Assembly: GCA_002269645.1 (NCBI GenBank)
Contig: NIVC01004069.1
Span: forward strand, 1-61,834
Origin: Macrostomum lignano
Lineage: Eukaryota
Reading direction: 5' to 3'
Length of the DNA stretch: 61,834 nt
Made by a program: the position numbers and the translations under genes. The notes under the pieces are model-generated. The model was not told the origin of the DNA, did no database searches, and saw only the letters and a program-made list of their open reading frames with translations. Positions 24,101 through 34,373 of the stretch are shown here, one piece after another (positions within the stretch are counted from its first letter, which is position 1; every line of letters starts with the position of its first letter).

Positions 24101-26576
24101 CCTATTGAATCCCACACCCCATCCTATTGAATCCCACACCCATTCTATTGAATCCCACACCACATCCTATTGAATCCCACACCACATGCTATTGAATCCC
24201 ACATCCATTCTATTGAATTCCACACCCCACCTTATTGAATCCCACACCCATCCTATTGAATCCCACACCACATCCTATTGAATCCCACACCACATCCTAT
24301 TGAATCCCACACTACATCCTATTGAATCCCACACTACATCCTATTGAATCCCACAATTTATCATATTGAATCCCACACGAATCCTATTGAATCCCACACC
24401 AATCCTGATGAAATACCACAACTAAAACCCATAGCTCGTAAATGCTACATCTTAAACCCCAGAAACTCCGCACCACATGATCATTTAGAATCAGATTTCA
24501 GCCTAAAGTCCGCAACGGCTCCAATTACACTTACAAACCCTGTTCATAAAGCTGGGCTACAAGCTTCACACATTCACCCCCGTGTCCCACCAATCCAACA
24601 GGCCTCTCGCTTCCGCAGTAGCTGAGCGTCTCTGGAGCTCACCGGAGGCCACTCGCGACCTGCTAGCCGCTGGGCGCCGTATCGAAGAGCAGCGCTGCAG
24701 GATGCGAGCTCGCGGCATCCCGGTCGGCGTAGCCAGCGGCCCCGGCTCTTGTCGGCCGCCGCCACCTGCCGGCAACAGATCAAGGAATAAGCTTCCAAAA
24801 AGGAATAGAAAAATTCCAAAACTAGAGAAACAGTCGCTAACAAATCGAATGGTTGGCGTTAAGCAAACGGCGGCTCCTTTGTCTGCTACTGGGTCTGGCT
24901 CCTCGAAAATTGACAGCGATTATGCGGACTCCGATCACGACTTGTCGTTTCGTCGAGCCCTTGTTAAACGTCGAGGGCCCCAGCAGCAGCATCGAGATAA
25001 GGTAAAATCAAAATCAGTAGTGTCAAAATCAAAATCATTATTGTCAAAATCAAAATCAGTAATGTCAAAATCTAAATCAGTAATGTCAAAATCTAAATCA
25101 GTAATGTCAAAATCTAAATCAGTAATGTCAAAATCAAAATCAGTAATGTCAAAATCTAAATCAGTAATGTCAAAATCTAAATCAGTAATGTCAAAATCAA
25201 AATCAGTAATGTCAAAATCTAAATCAGTAATGTCAAAATCAAAATCAGTAATGTCAAAATCAAAATCAGTAATGTCAAAATCTAAATCAGTAATGTCAAA
25301 ATCAAAATCAGTAATGTCAAAATCAAAATCAGTAATGTCAAAATCTAAATCAGTAATGTCAAAATCAAAATCAGTAATGTCAAAATCAAAATCAGTAATG
25401 TCAAAATCAAAATCAGTAATCTCAAAATCAAAATCAGTAATGTCAAAATCAAAATCAGTAATGTCAAAATCTAAATCAGTAGTGTCAAAATCAAAATCAG
25501 TAATGTCAAAATCAAAATCAGTAATGTCAAAATCTAAATCAGTAATGTCAAAATCAAAATCAGTAATGTCAAAATCAAAATCAGTAATGCCAAAATCAAA
25601 ATCAGTAATGTCAAAATCTAAATCAGTAATGTCAAAATCAAAATCAGTAATGTCAAAATCAAAATCAGTTATGTCAAAATCTAAATCAGTAATGTCAAAA
25701 TCAAAATCAGTAATCTCAAAATCTAAATCAGTAATGCCAAAATCAAAATCAGTAATGTCAAAATCAAAATCAGTAATGTCAAAATCAAAATCAGTAATCT
25801 CAAAATCAAAATCAGTAATGTCAAAATCAAAATCAGTAATGTCAAAATCAAAATCAGTAATGTCAAAATCAAAATCAGTAATGCCAAAATCAAAATCAGT
25901 AATCTCAAAATCTAAATCAGTAATCTCAAAATCAAAATCAATAGTCTTAAAATTAAAATCAGTAATGTCAAAATCAAATTCATTCATGTCAAAAATCAAA
26001 ATCAGTAGTTTCAAGATCAGTAATGTCAAAATCAAAATCAGTAATGTCAAAATCAAAATCAGTAATGTCAAAATCAAAATCAGTAATGCCAAAATCAAAA
26101 TCAGTAATCTCAAAATCTAAATCAGTAATGTCAAAATCAAAATCAGTAATGTCAAAATCAAAATCAGTAATGCCAAAATCAAAATCAGTAATGTCAAAAT
26201 CTAAATCAGTAGTGTCAAAATCAAAATCAGTAATTTCAAAATAAAAAATCAAATGCAGGTTCCAATCGCAGAGTATCAACATCGAAATAGGATTTACGCG
26301 ATTTCCAAGAGCCAGCATCATCAACACCCGGTGGCTCTGTTCCTAGCCCTGGTGCTGGCAGCTCTGGCTCTGTTCCTGGTGCTGTCCAGAGCGGTGTTCG
26401 TGCTGAGAATCACCCGCTACGGTGGCAGCACCGCAGGTTTGGAGTCGGCCGGCTCCACCGAGGGCAAGGCTGCATGGCTTCTGTGGCCCTGGCTGCGGCC
26501 CCGGCGACTCCTGCTGTGTCTGGCCATTGCCGCGGCTTGCAATGTGCTGGTCTGGCTCTGGACTTCTATGGTCTGA
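12134..26576 (+). CDS. HEXB: Beta-hexosaminidase (GH20, HEXA/HEXB-like), 844 aa, with signal peptide and a C-terminal hydrophobic extension; exons 12134-12223, 12852-13413, 13949-14061, 14142-14252, 15200-15301, 15377-15482, 16626-16833, 16912-16995, 17085-17181, 17779-18122, 24602-25001, 26259-26576
   Basis: All junctions are GT-AG and phases sum to 2535 nt with no internal stop. GH20 motifs: [69 protein letters not shown] (catalytic D-E), [28 protein letters not shown]. The exon 2 acceptor (12852 vs 12855) is a NAGNAG ambiguity. The HEXA vs HEXB distinction cannot be resolved here. Confidence 0.92.
12265..12780. repeat. 33-bp then ~36-bp minisatellites in hexosaminidase intron 1
   Basis: Units tcagattctcaacctgagattctcatctcagtg and aaggctaaagagtctcactatgagattatt(atc). 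Confidence 0.9.
13490..13735. repeat. CT-rich low-complexity tract in hexosaminidase intron 2
   Basis: Imperfect ctctc/ctact repeats. Confidence 0.85.
14277..15180. repeat. (TGTC)n microsatellite in hexosaminidase intron 4
   Basis: ~900 bp of tgtc with interspersed tgccttggtg variants. Confidence 0.97.
15545..16500 (+). repeat. ~40-bp minisatellite in hexosaminidase intron 6 (ctaccccagatgtacacactggccatagaatacaaccccct)
   Basis: Tandem units read directly. Confidence 0.95.
17241..17600 (-). repeat. Same ~40-bp minisatellite in inverted orientation, hexosaminidase intron 9
   Basis: Units gtgtacatctggggtagaggggtttattctatggccagtgt are the reverse complement of the intron 6 units. Confidence 0.92.
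18170..19118. repeat. 22-bp minisatellite (attgaatcccacaccacatcct), left part, hexosaminidase intron 10
   Basis: Tandem units; the same array resumes at 24063. Confidence 0.95.
19120..24062 (-). mobile_element. Internally deleted EnSpm/CACTA-type element inserted in the intron 10 minisatellite
   Basis: Spliced transposase 5' part: [50 protein letters not shown] (22009-22480), truncated at the first DG motif. TCCGG/CCGGA subterminal motifs are dense at both ends (19130-19430 and 23685-24040). No clean TIR pair was found. Confidence 0.7.
24063..24410. repeat. 22-bp minisatellite, right part of the intron 10 array
   Basis: Same unit as 18170-19118. Confidence 0.93.
25003..26250. repeat. 21-bp minisatellite filling hexosaminidase intron 11 (gtcaaaatcaaaatcagtaat)
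   Basis: Begins at the donor AAG|gtaaaa (25002) and ends before the acceptor aaatgcag (26258); source of the (SKSKSVM)n and (DFDITDF)n ORFs. Confidence 0.95.
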
Positions 26577-27593
26577 TCTTGAGCTTATTTTCGTCAGCTG
26601 TTTCACTTCTGTAAATGCTTTTGGCTCTTTCTGTATTGTCCACTCTACTCTATCTGCTCCCTACTCTATCTACTCCCTACTCTGTCCACTCTACTCTATC
26701 TGCTCCCTACTCTGTCAACCTCTAGTTTCCAATACTTCCGTCTCGTCGTCACTGCTGTTTCTAGCTCATCTGTCCACTCCTGCTTGCATCCCCTGTGCAG
26801 CATAATTTCCATGTTGATCTCGCTGTGGCACACGCTTTTTTCTAGCAAGTAGTTTGACCTGTCTTACCCTTTCCCTCAGTCGATCTCATCTTTATCTAGT
26901 ATGCTGCTGTTTTACGTTTCAATTTTGCTAATTTTACTATTCAATTTTGCACCGTCAAAATAGTCAGGTTATGAATGTAACTTTAAACATAACAACTTGT
27001 GCCTAACACATTAACTCTGTAATACCAGCAGCTTCCTTATTTGATTTCTGTTTGCTTCTGTTTTCGAATAGTTAGATTCGTTTTAAGCTTTGCTGTACGA
27101 ATAACTATAACTATACGATAACTGCAGTGTCAGTACATAGATAATCACTACATGTGTAACTGACATCGACTCCAATATACATGTAGAAGAAACAGTATTC
27201 TAATCATTGATTATCCAATCTTTTATAAACATTTCTGATAGCACACCCTGTACTTATCAACTTTGTGTCCGGCATTTTACCCTTTAAATGTCCTTAAATC
27301 AGACTTCCCTTTTCCTTTTTCTATCTAATGCAATCGCCGTTATAACAGTTTGTAGTCAGTGCAAGTTTTACCGCTGCGGTTGTTTATAACAAATATCTTG
27401 TAAGAGTATATTTAGTCACATTCTGAAAATGAATAAAAATAAATTAATCTTGTCGTGCATGCTTTTATTACTGAAGATTTACATCAGTTTACAGTTGAGT
27501 GTATTTTTATTCTGGATTTATTATGAAGAAAACAATTGACAAATATAACGCATCTGAAGTGTAAATATAATGATTACATTCAGACTGTGTCCG

Positions 27594-27642
27594 ATCGGGT
27601 CTCAACGAACTATAGAAAGTTTTTCCGTTACGAGACCGTCAT
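27594..27642 (-). promoter_or_regulatory. Type II SECIS element in the selenoprotein L 3'UTR
   Basis: mRNA sense: AUGAC-GGUCUC-GU-AACG-G-AAAAA-CUUUCUAUAG-UU-CGUU-GAGACC-CGAU. It has the AUGA/GA core, helix GGUCUC:GAGACC plus AACG:CGUU, unpaired adenosines and an apical mini-stem (AAC:GUU). It lies on the same strand, downstream of a gene with in-frame TGAs, and upstream of AATAAA at 27511-27506 and 27469-27464. Confidence 0.88.
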
Positions 27643-27739
27643 TAATGCGCTATATATATGTCAACTGCGTGTAATGTAATACATGTAATAAGTATACTAT
27701 TTTGGAATGGCAGAATGGATATTGGTATTTGACTGCAAC

Positions 27740-28100
27740 ATCAACATCTTGTACCGACAGCAGTCCTTTCAAAACATCCTGTACAGACAGCAGTCCTTTC
27801 AAAACATCCTGTACAGACAGCAGTCCTTACAAACATCTTGTACCGACAGCAGTCCTTACAAACATTTTGTACAGACAGCAGTCCTTACAAACATCTTGTA
27901 CCGACAGCAGTCCTTGCAAACATCTTGTACAGACAGCAGTCTTTGCAAACATCTTGTACAGACAGCAGTCCTTACAAACATCTACATGTACAGACAGCAG
28001 TCCTTGCAAACATCTTGTACAAACAGCAATCCTTGCAAACATCTTGTACAATCGGCAGTCCTTACAAACATCCTGTACAGACAGTAGTCCCTACAAACAT
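27740..28100. repeat. ~30-bp minisatellite between the selenoprotein L stop codon and the SECIS (caaacatcttgtacagacagcagtcctta)
   Basis: Tandem units read directly. Confidence 0.92.
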
Positions 28101-28224
28101 ATTTATCCTAGGGCGCGTGTTCTGTACGTCTGTAGTCAATTCTACTAAGTGTTCATATTTTCCGGTAAAATAGCACCAGCATAACATAAAGCGACAAGTT
28201 ATTTAATAAGCTACGCTAGCTACA

Positions 28225-30425
28225 CTACATGTACTCGCGACACTTGGCTAGAATAGTATCAATACTCGGTCGGTCAGTAGACGATCCGCCTGCCTGACTA
28301 AACACAAGCCGACACTCTGCATCACTACCCGATCCGTTATATTCTACTTTCAGTAGAAAATCGCCACCCATCTGCAGCAGATCCTCTGTGTTCACATCGG
28401 CCGGTTTGTCCGTTTTAACACCACAAGCGGACAGTTGGGCGTAGTGATGAAGAGCCGCTACGCCCCAGCTGTTGACAGCGGAACGATTCAAACCAAAGCG
28501 TCGATACAGGTCACGTTCCGGGTCGGCGAAGGCACCTACTGAAGGATCATCGGATGTCTCTGTGCATGTACTATTTGGAGCTTTGTCAACTAGGCAGACG
28601 CGAGTTAACCAGTTGCGGATGACGTCTGGATCGGAAGCGAAGCTGATGAGCAGCGGGCGGCAGTGCGCAGCTTGCAGGCTTGGCTGCGCGGGTGTGTAAG
28701 ATTTGGGTTATTGTAAATAATATATTATCCATGACAGTTAGTCAGTCAACCTGTCACAATCGCAGAGTTAATACGGCATGCAGTGGCGTAACACGGAGGC
28801 GTGATCGGAAAACGAAACTTAAAAAGGCCAACAAGCTAGATTTATGACAAGAAATTAACAAGCCCGGGATAGCGGTAGCCCACCAAGAGGCAGGGGCAGG
28901 GCCCACCAAAAGATGGAGGGCGCCCACCAAAAGACAGGGGCTCCCACTAAGAGACAAAGGGTGTCCGCTAAAAGACAAGGACGTCCACCAAGAGACAGGG
29001 GTGCCCGCTAAAGGACAGGTACTCTAACCAATAGACAGGGGCACCCAGCAAGAGACAGGGGCGCCCACCAAGATCCTTGAGACCCTTAAGTTTGATTAAC
29101 CTTTACCTTGATTACTGACTAATCTCTGGACTGTTTTTACAAAACGACACTTACTCTAAGTGGAGCAACCCATCTCAAGACCCAATTGTCTGGCACAAGT
29201 ATATGCCCCTACCTAGGGCTTTGGGGACGCCTCAGACAAAAATTGAAATACTGTAAACTACTGTATGCATGTGTGGCACCATAGGGTAATAAGTGTGTTT
29301 GTTATAAAGTCATTCAGAAGTAGGTCATTCAGATAACCCAACATCATGCATGAGTATACATTTATAGCAGGAGATATAGTATATGGATGAACCTAAAGAG
29401 GTGCATACATTTTAAAGCTTAGCTGCCAGAAAAATGAAATTGCCATTTTGGGGAACTATGAAAATGATTTGGTATGCAAACTTTCAAAACTAAAAGGCTC
29501 TTAACAATCTCTTAATATAAAACTACTCACAAGCCGCAGCTGCAACTCTGCCGCATGCTGCTGTCATGGATGTCAGGCTAAATGGCGTAGGAAAACTAGC
29601 AAAAGAAATTTCGTTTCTTGGCCAATCAGATCGCTGAGTGGGAGCTGCTGCTTAGTCATTGCACAGACTAGTTGCATTTGAAGGACATCAGTAGCATTGG
29701 ATCCAGGACTTTGAGGTAGCCACTGCTGTAGATATTTTGAATCAAGCTTAGTGAGAAATTCATCCCACGATTCCTATAAAAAATCAAGAAAAATAATCAT
29801 ATAAAAAATTTTGTGAAATTAATATTTTAGTACAATAAAAATGTGGTTACCTCAAATTGCAAAAGATTTTCATATACTTCCTGAACCTCATATTGTGCAA
29901 AATTTGCTTTGAACAGGGAATCTAATTCCTTGAATGAGTTGACACTGCATCTAAAAATTATCATATATATAAAAAAGTTTTTTTATTGATCATTAATATA
30001 TAATGCTATTAATTTTTTCCTAAACTGCAAATATACTTACTGTTTAAGCATAGATGAATATAAGCCAATCAATCTTCCACAAGTCAGCAATCTTTTGTCA
30101 AAGTTTTCTATACTATCATCTGAAAGGTAAATTTAAAAGATAAAAATTAGTAGACATAGAATGTTTGCAGGGTATCAATTTACCTGTGAATAGTTGAAAT
30201 TTTCAGTTTCTAACTTAATTTGATCTTCAACTAACGATTTTTAATTATTATATTGGAAACTTATTTTGCCCTTAAATCACCAATTGATAATTAAAAACAG
30301 ACTTTTTGAGAAAACAGCTAACGATTACAAAGGAAGGCTTACTCACCTGCAAAAGTGTCCTTCAATTCAAGCAATACTTTGTTGGCATTTTGAATAAAAC
30401 TACTGACTGCAGAGAGGAAGTCCAT
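28225..30425 (-). CDS. SELENOL: Selenoprotein L (thioredoxin-fold, AhpC/TSA-like), 319 aa, with two Sec (UGA) at codons 153 and 156; exons 30425-30347, 30119-30041, 29950-29851, 29773-29531, 28683-28225
   Basis: All introns are GT-AG, phases 1/2/0/0, total 960 nt. Exon 4 reads LLLVFLRHLA-TGA-CAT-CCA-TGA-QQH (TGA at 29575-29573 and 29566-29564). Flanking motifs ENLLQFEESWDEFL, LLISF, ADPERDLYRRFGL, QMGGDFLL and DRPSID are typical of SelL/peroxiredoxin-like proteins. SECIS is present downstream. Confidence 0.9.
28870..29075. repeat. ~21-bp GC-rich minisatellite in selenoprotein L intron 4 (cccaccaagagacaggggtg-like)
   Basis: Imperfect tandem units. Confidence 0.8.
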
Positions 30426-30904
30426 TGTTCTGAAGATTAAAACTTATATATGGACTATTATGAACACAATAAACTGAATCTAGATTGTGCTAGCTACATG
30501 ATAAAACTGTATCTAAAGAAAAATTGGAGGCAGAAAAGGCGGCGCAAAAAATATAATACTATTTCGTTGAATCAATTTGAACGAAAAATGACATTAGTAT
30601 TTATAAATTTTTGGACTTTAGACAGTTTAAAGAAAATTTAAATGACGGAAAAGTAAATATTATAATATTAATTGCTTCTTGAAACAGCTATGTAACCACC
30701 AGAACCTGAAAACCATAGACTCATTTGATTAAATAATTCTAAAAAGTGATATCTTTAAAAATCGGAAAGAAACCTAAACATTCACGGAATCGTCCATGAA
30801 CCACTTCACACGTTCAAAGAAGCTATGCCCCCCTCAGCCGATGCCAAAAAATTGGGCCATACTGCTTTGGCCTGTAACTAAATACAGAACAACAGGATAC
30901 GCGT

Positions 30905-33630
30905 TCAGCGTCACAGCTGGCGCGCCTCAGGGTCAGCAGGTCGCGAATGAAACGCTACGTACGCCGCCGGCCGAATCCAGGGCGCCGGCGTCAGCCAGCA
31001 GACAGTCCACGAAACGCAAGTGCGTTTACCAAGGCCACATCATCATTCGCGTCGAGTCGTACTGCCCAACATCTGGTGCAGGAGGTGCTGCTGCAGGCAC
31101 AACAACAACAATTCAGAATACAGTTGCGTCACAGGGCGTACTTCAAGGCCAAGTCACGAATGAACGCCACGCCGCCGGCCGAATCCAAGACGCCGGTGTC
31201 AGTCAGCCCGTGCGCGCCTGCCCCCGCCGGCAGGGTGCCTGCAGCGTTAGCAGCAGCACCTCCTGCGCGCCTCTCTGGGCAGTACGATTCTGTGCTGACG
31301 ATGTGGCCTGCCAGCTGGAGTCGCTGACGGCGCAACAGGTCGCTTGGACGGACCAGGCCGGCGCGATGATACAAAGCCGCGTTGGTCACTCACTCGTAGC
31401 CGATCTTGAAGGCGGCTCGCAGCAGGCCATGCAGCGTGAAACAACAACAACATCGTCAGCGCCCAGGCGATCTCGGCGTTTGTACAGCAAGACGGTGTCG
31501 ATAGATCACTGCCTGGAACAACGCTGCCCTCTGGCGGCCAGGTAGGGCCTCGGACGGCAGGACTGCACTCTCAGAACGAAAGGCAGCCTAGGCAGCCCGC
31601 GGCGACGCCATAAATCTTCGCGGACGCCGGAAACCAAACCGCCAAGGTAGACGAACTGCTGACAACGCGGGGGCTCCATCACCTGTCCATACACGCCCCA
31701 GCACAAAATCACAGCCCCGATGTCATCAGAGACGAGCACGACAGTTTTCTGCGTGTTGACCACCAGGCGACACTTGCCGCATCATCAACTATAGATTGTA
31801 CAGTTGTCTTGGCGCCCTCAACAGTTCAGGTCAGCAGGGCGAAATCCTCGGCGCAGCCCAGCACGCTGAGCTGTCTCTCCGGTTGACGTCGACCCACGCG
31901 TCGCCGCAACAGAAAGCGGTCGTCGTTGTGTAGGAAGAGCGGTCCGCAGCACCCAGTCAAGCACCAGAACGAACAGGAACGGAGCAAGCGTATCTCCCTG
32001 AAGCACCCCCGGAGGATGTCTCAAAGAAGTCCGATAGGCCGTTCGGTGTTGAAACAGCAGCTTATCACGGTATCACGGTACATCGACATGATGGCGGAAA
32101 TCAGCTGCTCTGGCCCGTTGTACGCATGGAGCACCTATGGGAGCACAAACCTGACGACCGAGTCGAATGCCTTCTTGAAATTTATGAAGAGAACAATCGA
32201 TCAGGATCGGTGGCGTATCCGCGCCTCCTGGATGACTCGGCGAAGAGCTAGGATCTGCGTCATTATGCCGCGATGGGGCCGGAAGCCGTTCTGCTCAGGA
32301 CGCTGGTACGGATCCAGCACGGGTTGCGACTGCGATAGCAACATCCGGTTAAACAGCCTCGCAGCGCATGCTTCTCTGAAATTGTGAAATTGCGTTGATG
32401 TGCCTCCTCGGTGGGTTCTCTCGATGGTTCTCTCGTTGGGTGCCTCCTCTCCGAAGAGCACTCGGTTCATCACTCTGGCGACCTCGCTGGCTAACACAGT
32501 GGATGCGCCAGCGCCACGATGGGCACCTCATCCGGACCCAGCGCTTTCCCGCGCGGTAACTGTTGGTCGAGCCTCACAATGTCTACTGTGCTGACTAGTG
32601 CTAGGCTGAAAATCTCCTCTTCCAGCAACGGAATATCAGGGCGGCGCGTTGAAAATGGCGGCGAAGAACTCACGCAGCTCGTTCCTGCGCTCGTCGGCAG
32701 AGTCACCCGCCGGGTTTAGCGGAATGCGCCGCTTTCACCCCGTCAGAGCGTTGAAAGCCGACCAGGCCACGCGACCTCTGTCACAACAACCACTGGAGAC
32801 GGCCTGAATGGCGTCATCAACAACAGCCTGCTGGCGCTGCAGATAGACAGCCGCCAAGGCCTCCTCTGCCTCGCGCGTTGGCCGCCTGCTTAAACGAAGT
32901 CCCTTCTTCAGCACTTCCCTCGCTTGCCCAAACGCGGGGTCGTCTTGCCATACCGGCTGCCCCCGCTGGGCCGGTCGCATCAGAGGGACTGCTTGTTCTG
33001 CGGCGGCCCAAACTGAAACACACACAACTCCGCGTACTCGGCACCTCCACGATTGCCACCGAGCGCAGTGATGAAAGCGCTATCAAAGCAACTGTGCGTG
33101 TCGGCGTTCCTGAGCACGCGGTCGTAGCCGCTGCAGCGGACGGTAGAGCGAATCGCGAAGACAAAGGTCGCAGACGACGCGAGGAGTCCATGCTCAGACC
33201 GCATAGCCAGCGGCGTGATGGCGCGGCGGCGCTCGCGGAAGCGCACCAGCACATGATCGAGCTGTGCCTGCCTCCTTGTTGCGTTCCGGCCACGCACACA
33301 TTCTGATGCTTGCGCTTGCAGCCCACAAAAGTTGCGAGTCTGCCCGGTGGCTTGCGGAAGCGGGTGTTGGCCGACACCATTTCCTGCTTCTCTAGAAAAT
33401 CCTCCAGCGCTCTGTTGCTGCCGTTCTCACCTGGAGTGACGAACGGTGACCGCTAAGACCTCATTAGCGGTTAGCGTTAGCGGTTCGCGTTCAGGTCTCC
33501 GAGGATGATCACTGTGTCACACTGCAACGTTTGCCTCCACCTGTACCGAAAGCTGCTCGAAGAAGTCCTTAGCCTCATCAGGACAGGTGGCGGGGGGCGC
33601 ATACACACAGAACCGGCGAACGTTTGTTAC
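30905..33630 (-). mobile_element. 5'-truncated, frameshifted RTE-clade non-LTR retrotransposon
   Basis: APE motif VIILGDLNA (~33490-33520), GKALGPDEVP, EQNGFRPHRG..QILALRR, GVLQGDTLAPFLF, YAED in place of YADD, YLG, and LQLAGHI. Confidence 0.85.
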
Positions 33631-33939
33631 AATTACTTGACTTGTGACTATATGCAAGGTAATATTGGGTTGTAGTGCTTGGTAGTATAGCTTGTCCCTC
33701 CCCCTTCAAAATTTTTCTGGATCTGGAGTGTTCTGGGGAGCTCAAGGACGAAAATGCCCTTGAAGTGAAGCTTGAAAAAAAGTGAAGCTTGCAGACAAAT
33801 CCCTGAGACTTTATTGCATTAAATATGATTCTTTTACTAACCAGTCAGTAGCCTTGGACCAAACACTTGCTTCTACCGTCGGAAAACTGCTCACCCGAAA
33901 TTTCTCGTGCTACAAAAGACTCTCAAAATGTCCAACAAG

Positions 33940-34270
33940 GGCTTTAGCACCAAGGGCTATAGCACCAGGGGCTTTAGCATCAGAGGCTTTAGCACCAGAG
34001 GCTTTAGCACCAGGGGATTTAGCACCAAGGGTTTATCACCACGGGCGCCAGCGGCACAGGGGACGCCAGCGGCACCAGAGGCTTTAGCACCAGGGGCGAC
34101 AGCGGCACCAGGGGCGACAGCGGCACCACGGGCGACAGCAGCACCAGGTGATTTAGCACCAAGGGTTTATCACCAGGGGCTCCAGCGGCACCAGGGAGGC
34201 CAGCGGCACCAGAGGCTTTAGCACCAGGGGCGACAGCGGCACCAGGGGCGACAGCGGCACCAGGGGCGTC
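33940..34270. repeat. GC-rich 18-bp-based tandem repeat (ttagcaccaggggc / gcggcaccaggggcgaca)
   Basis: Tandem units read directly. Confidence 0.85.
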
Positions 34271-34373
34271 ATAACTTTTGCCTCTCCCCCAAGCTACATG
34301 AACGTCTCCTAGTGCTTCACCCCACTTGTTCGCTCTTGACAGTGAAGCAATCACGTGTGACCTACAATTGTCA

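Noticed and set aside
24582-26120. 512-aa ORF with (SKSKSVM)n as a Ser/Lys-rich protein
   Set aside because: It is hexosaminidase exon 11 read through the donor at 25002 into a 21-bp intronic satellite. Intron retention cannot be excluded, but nothing supports it.
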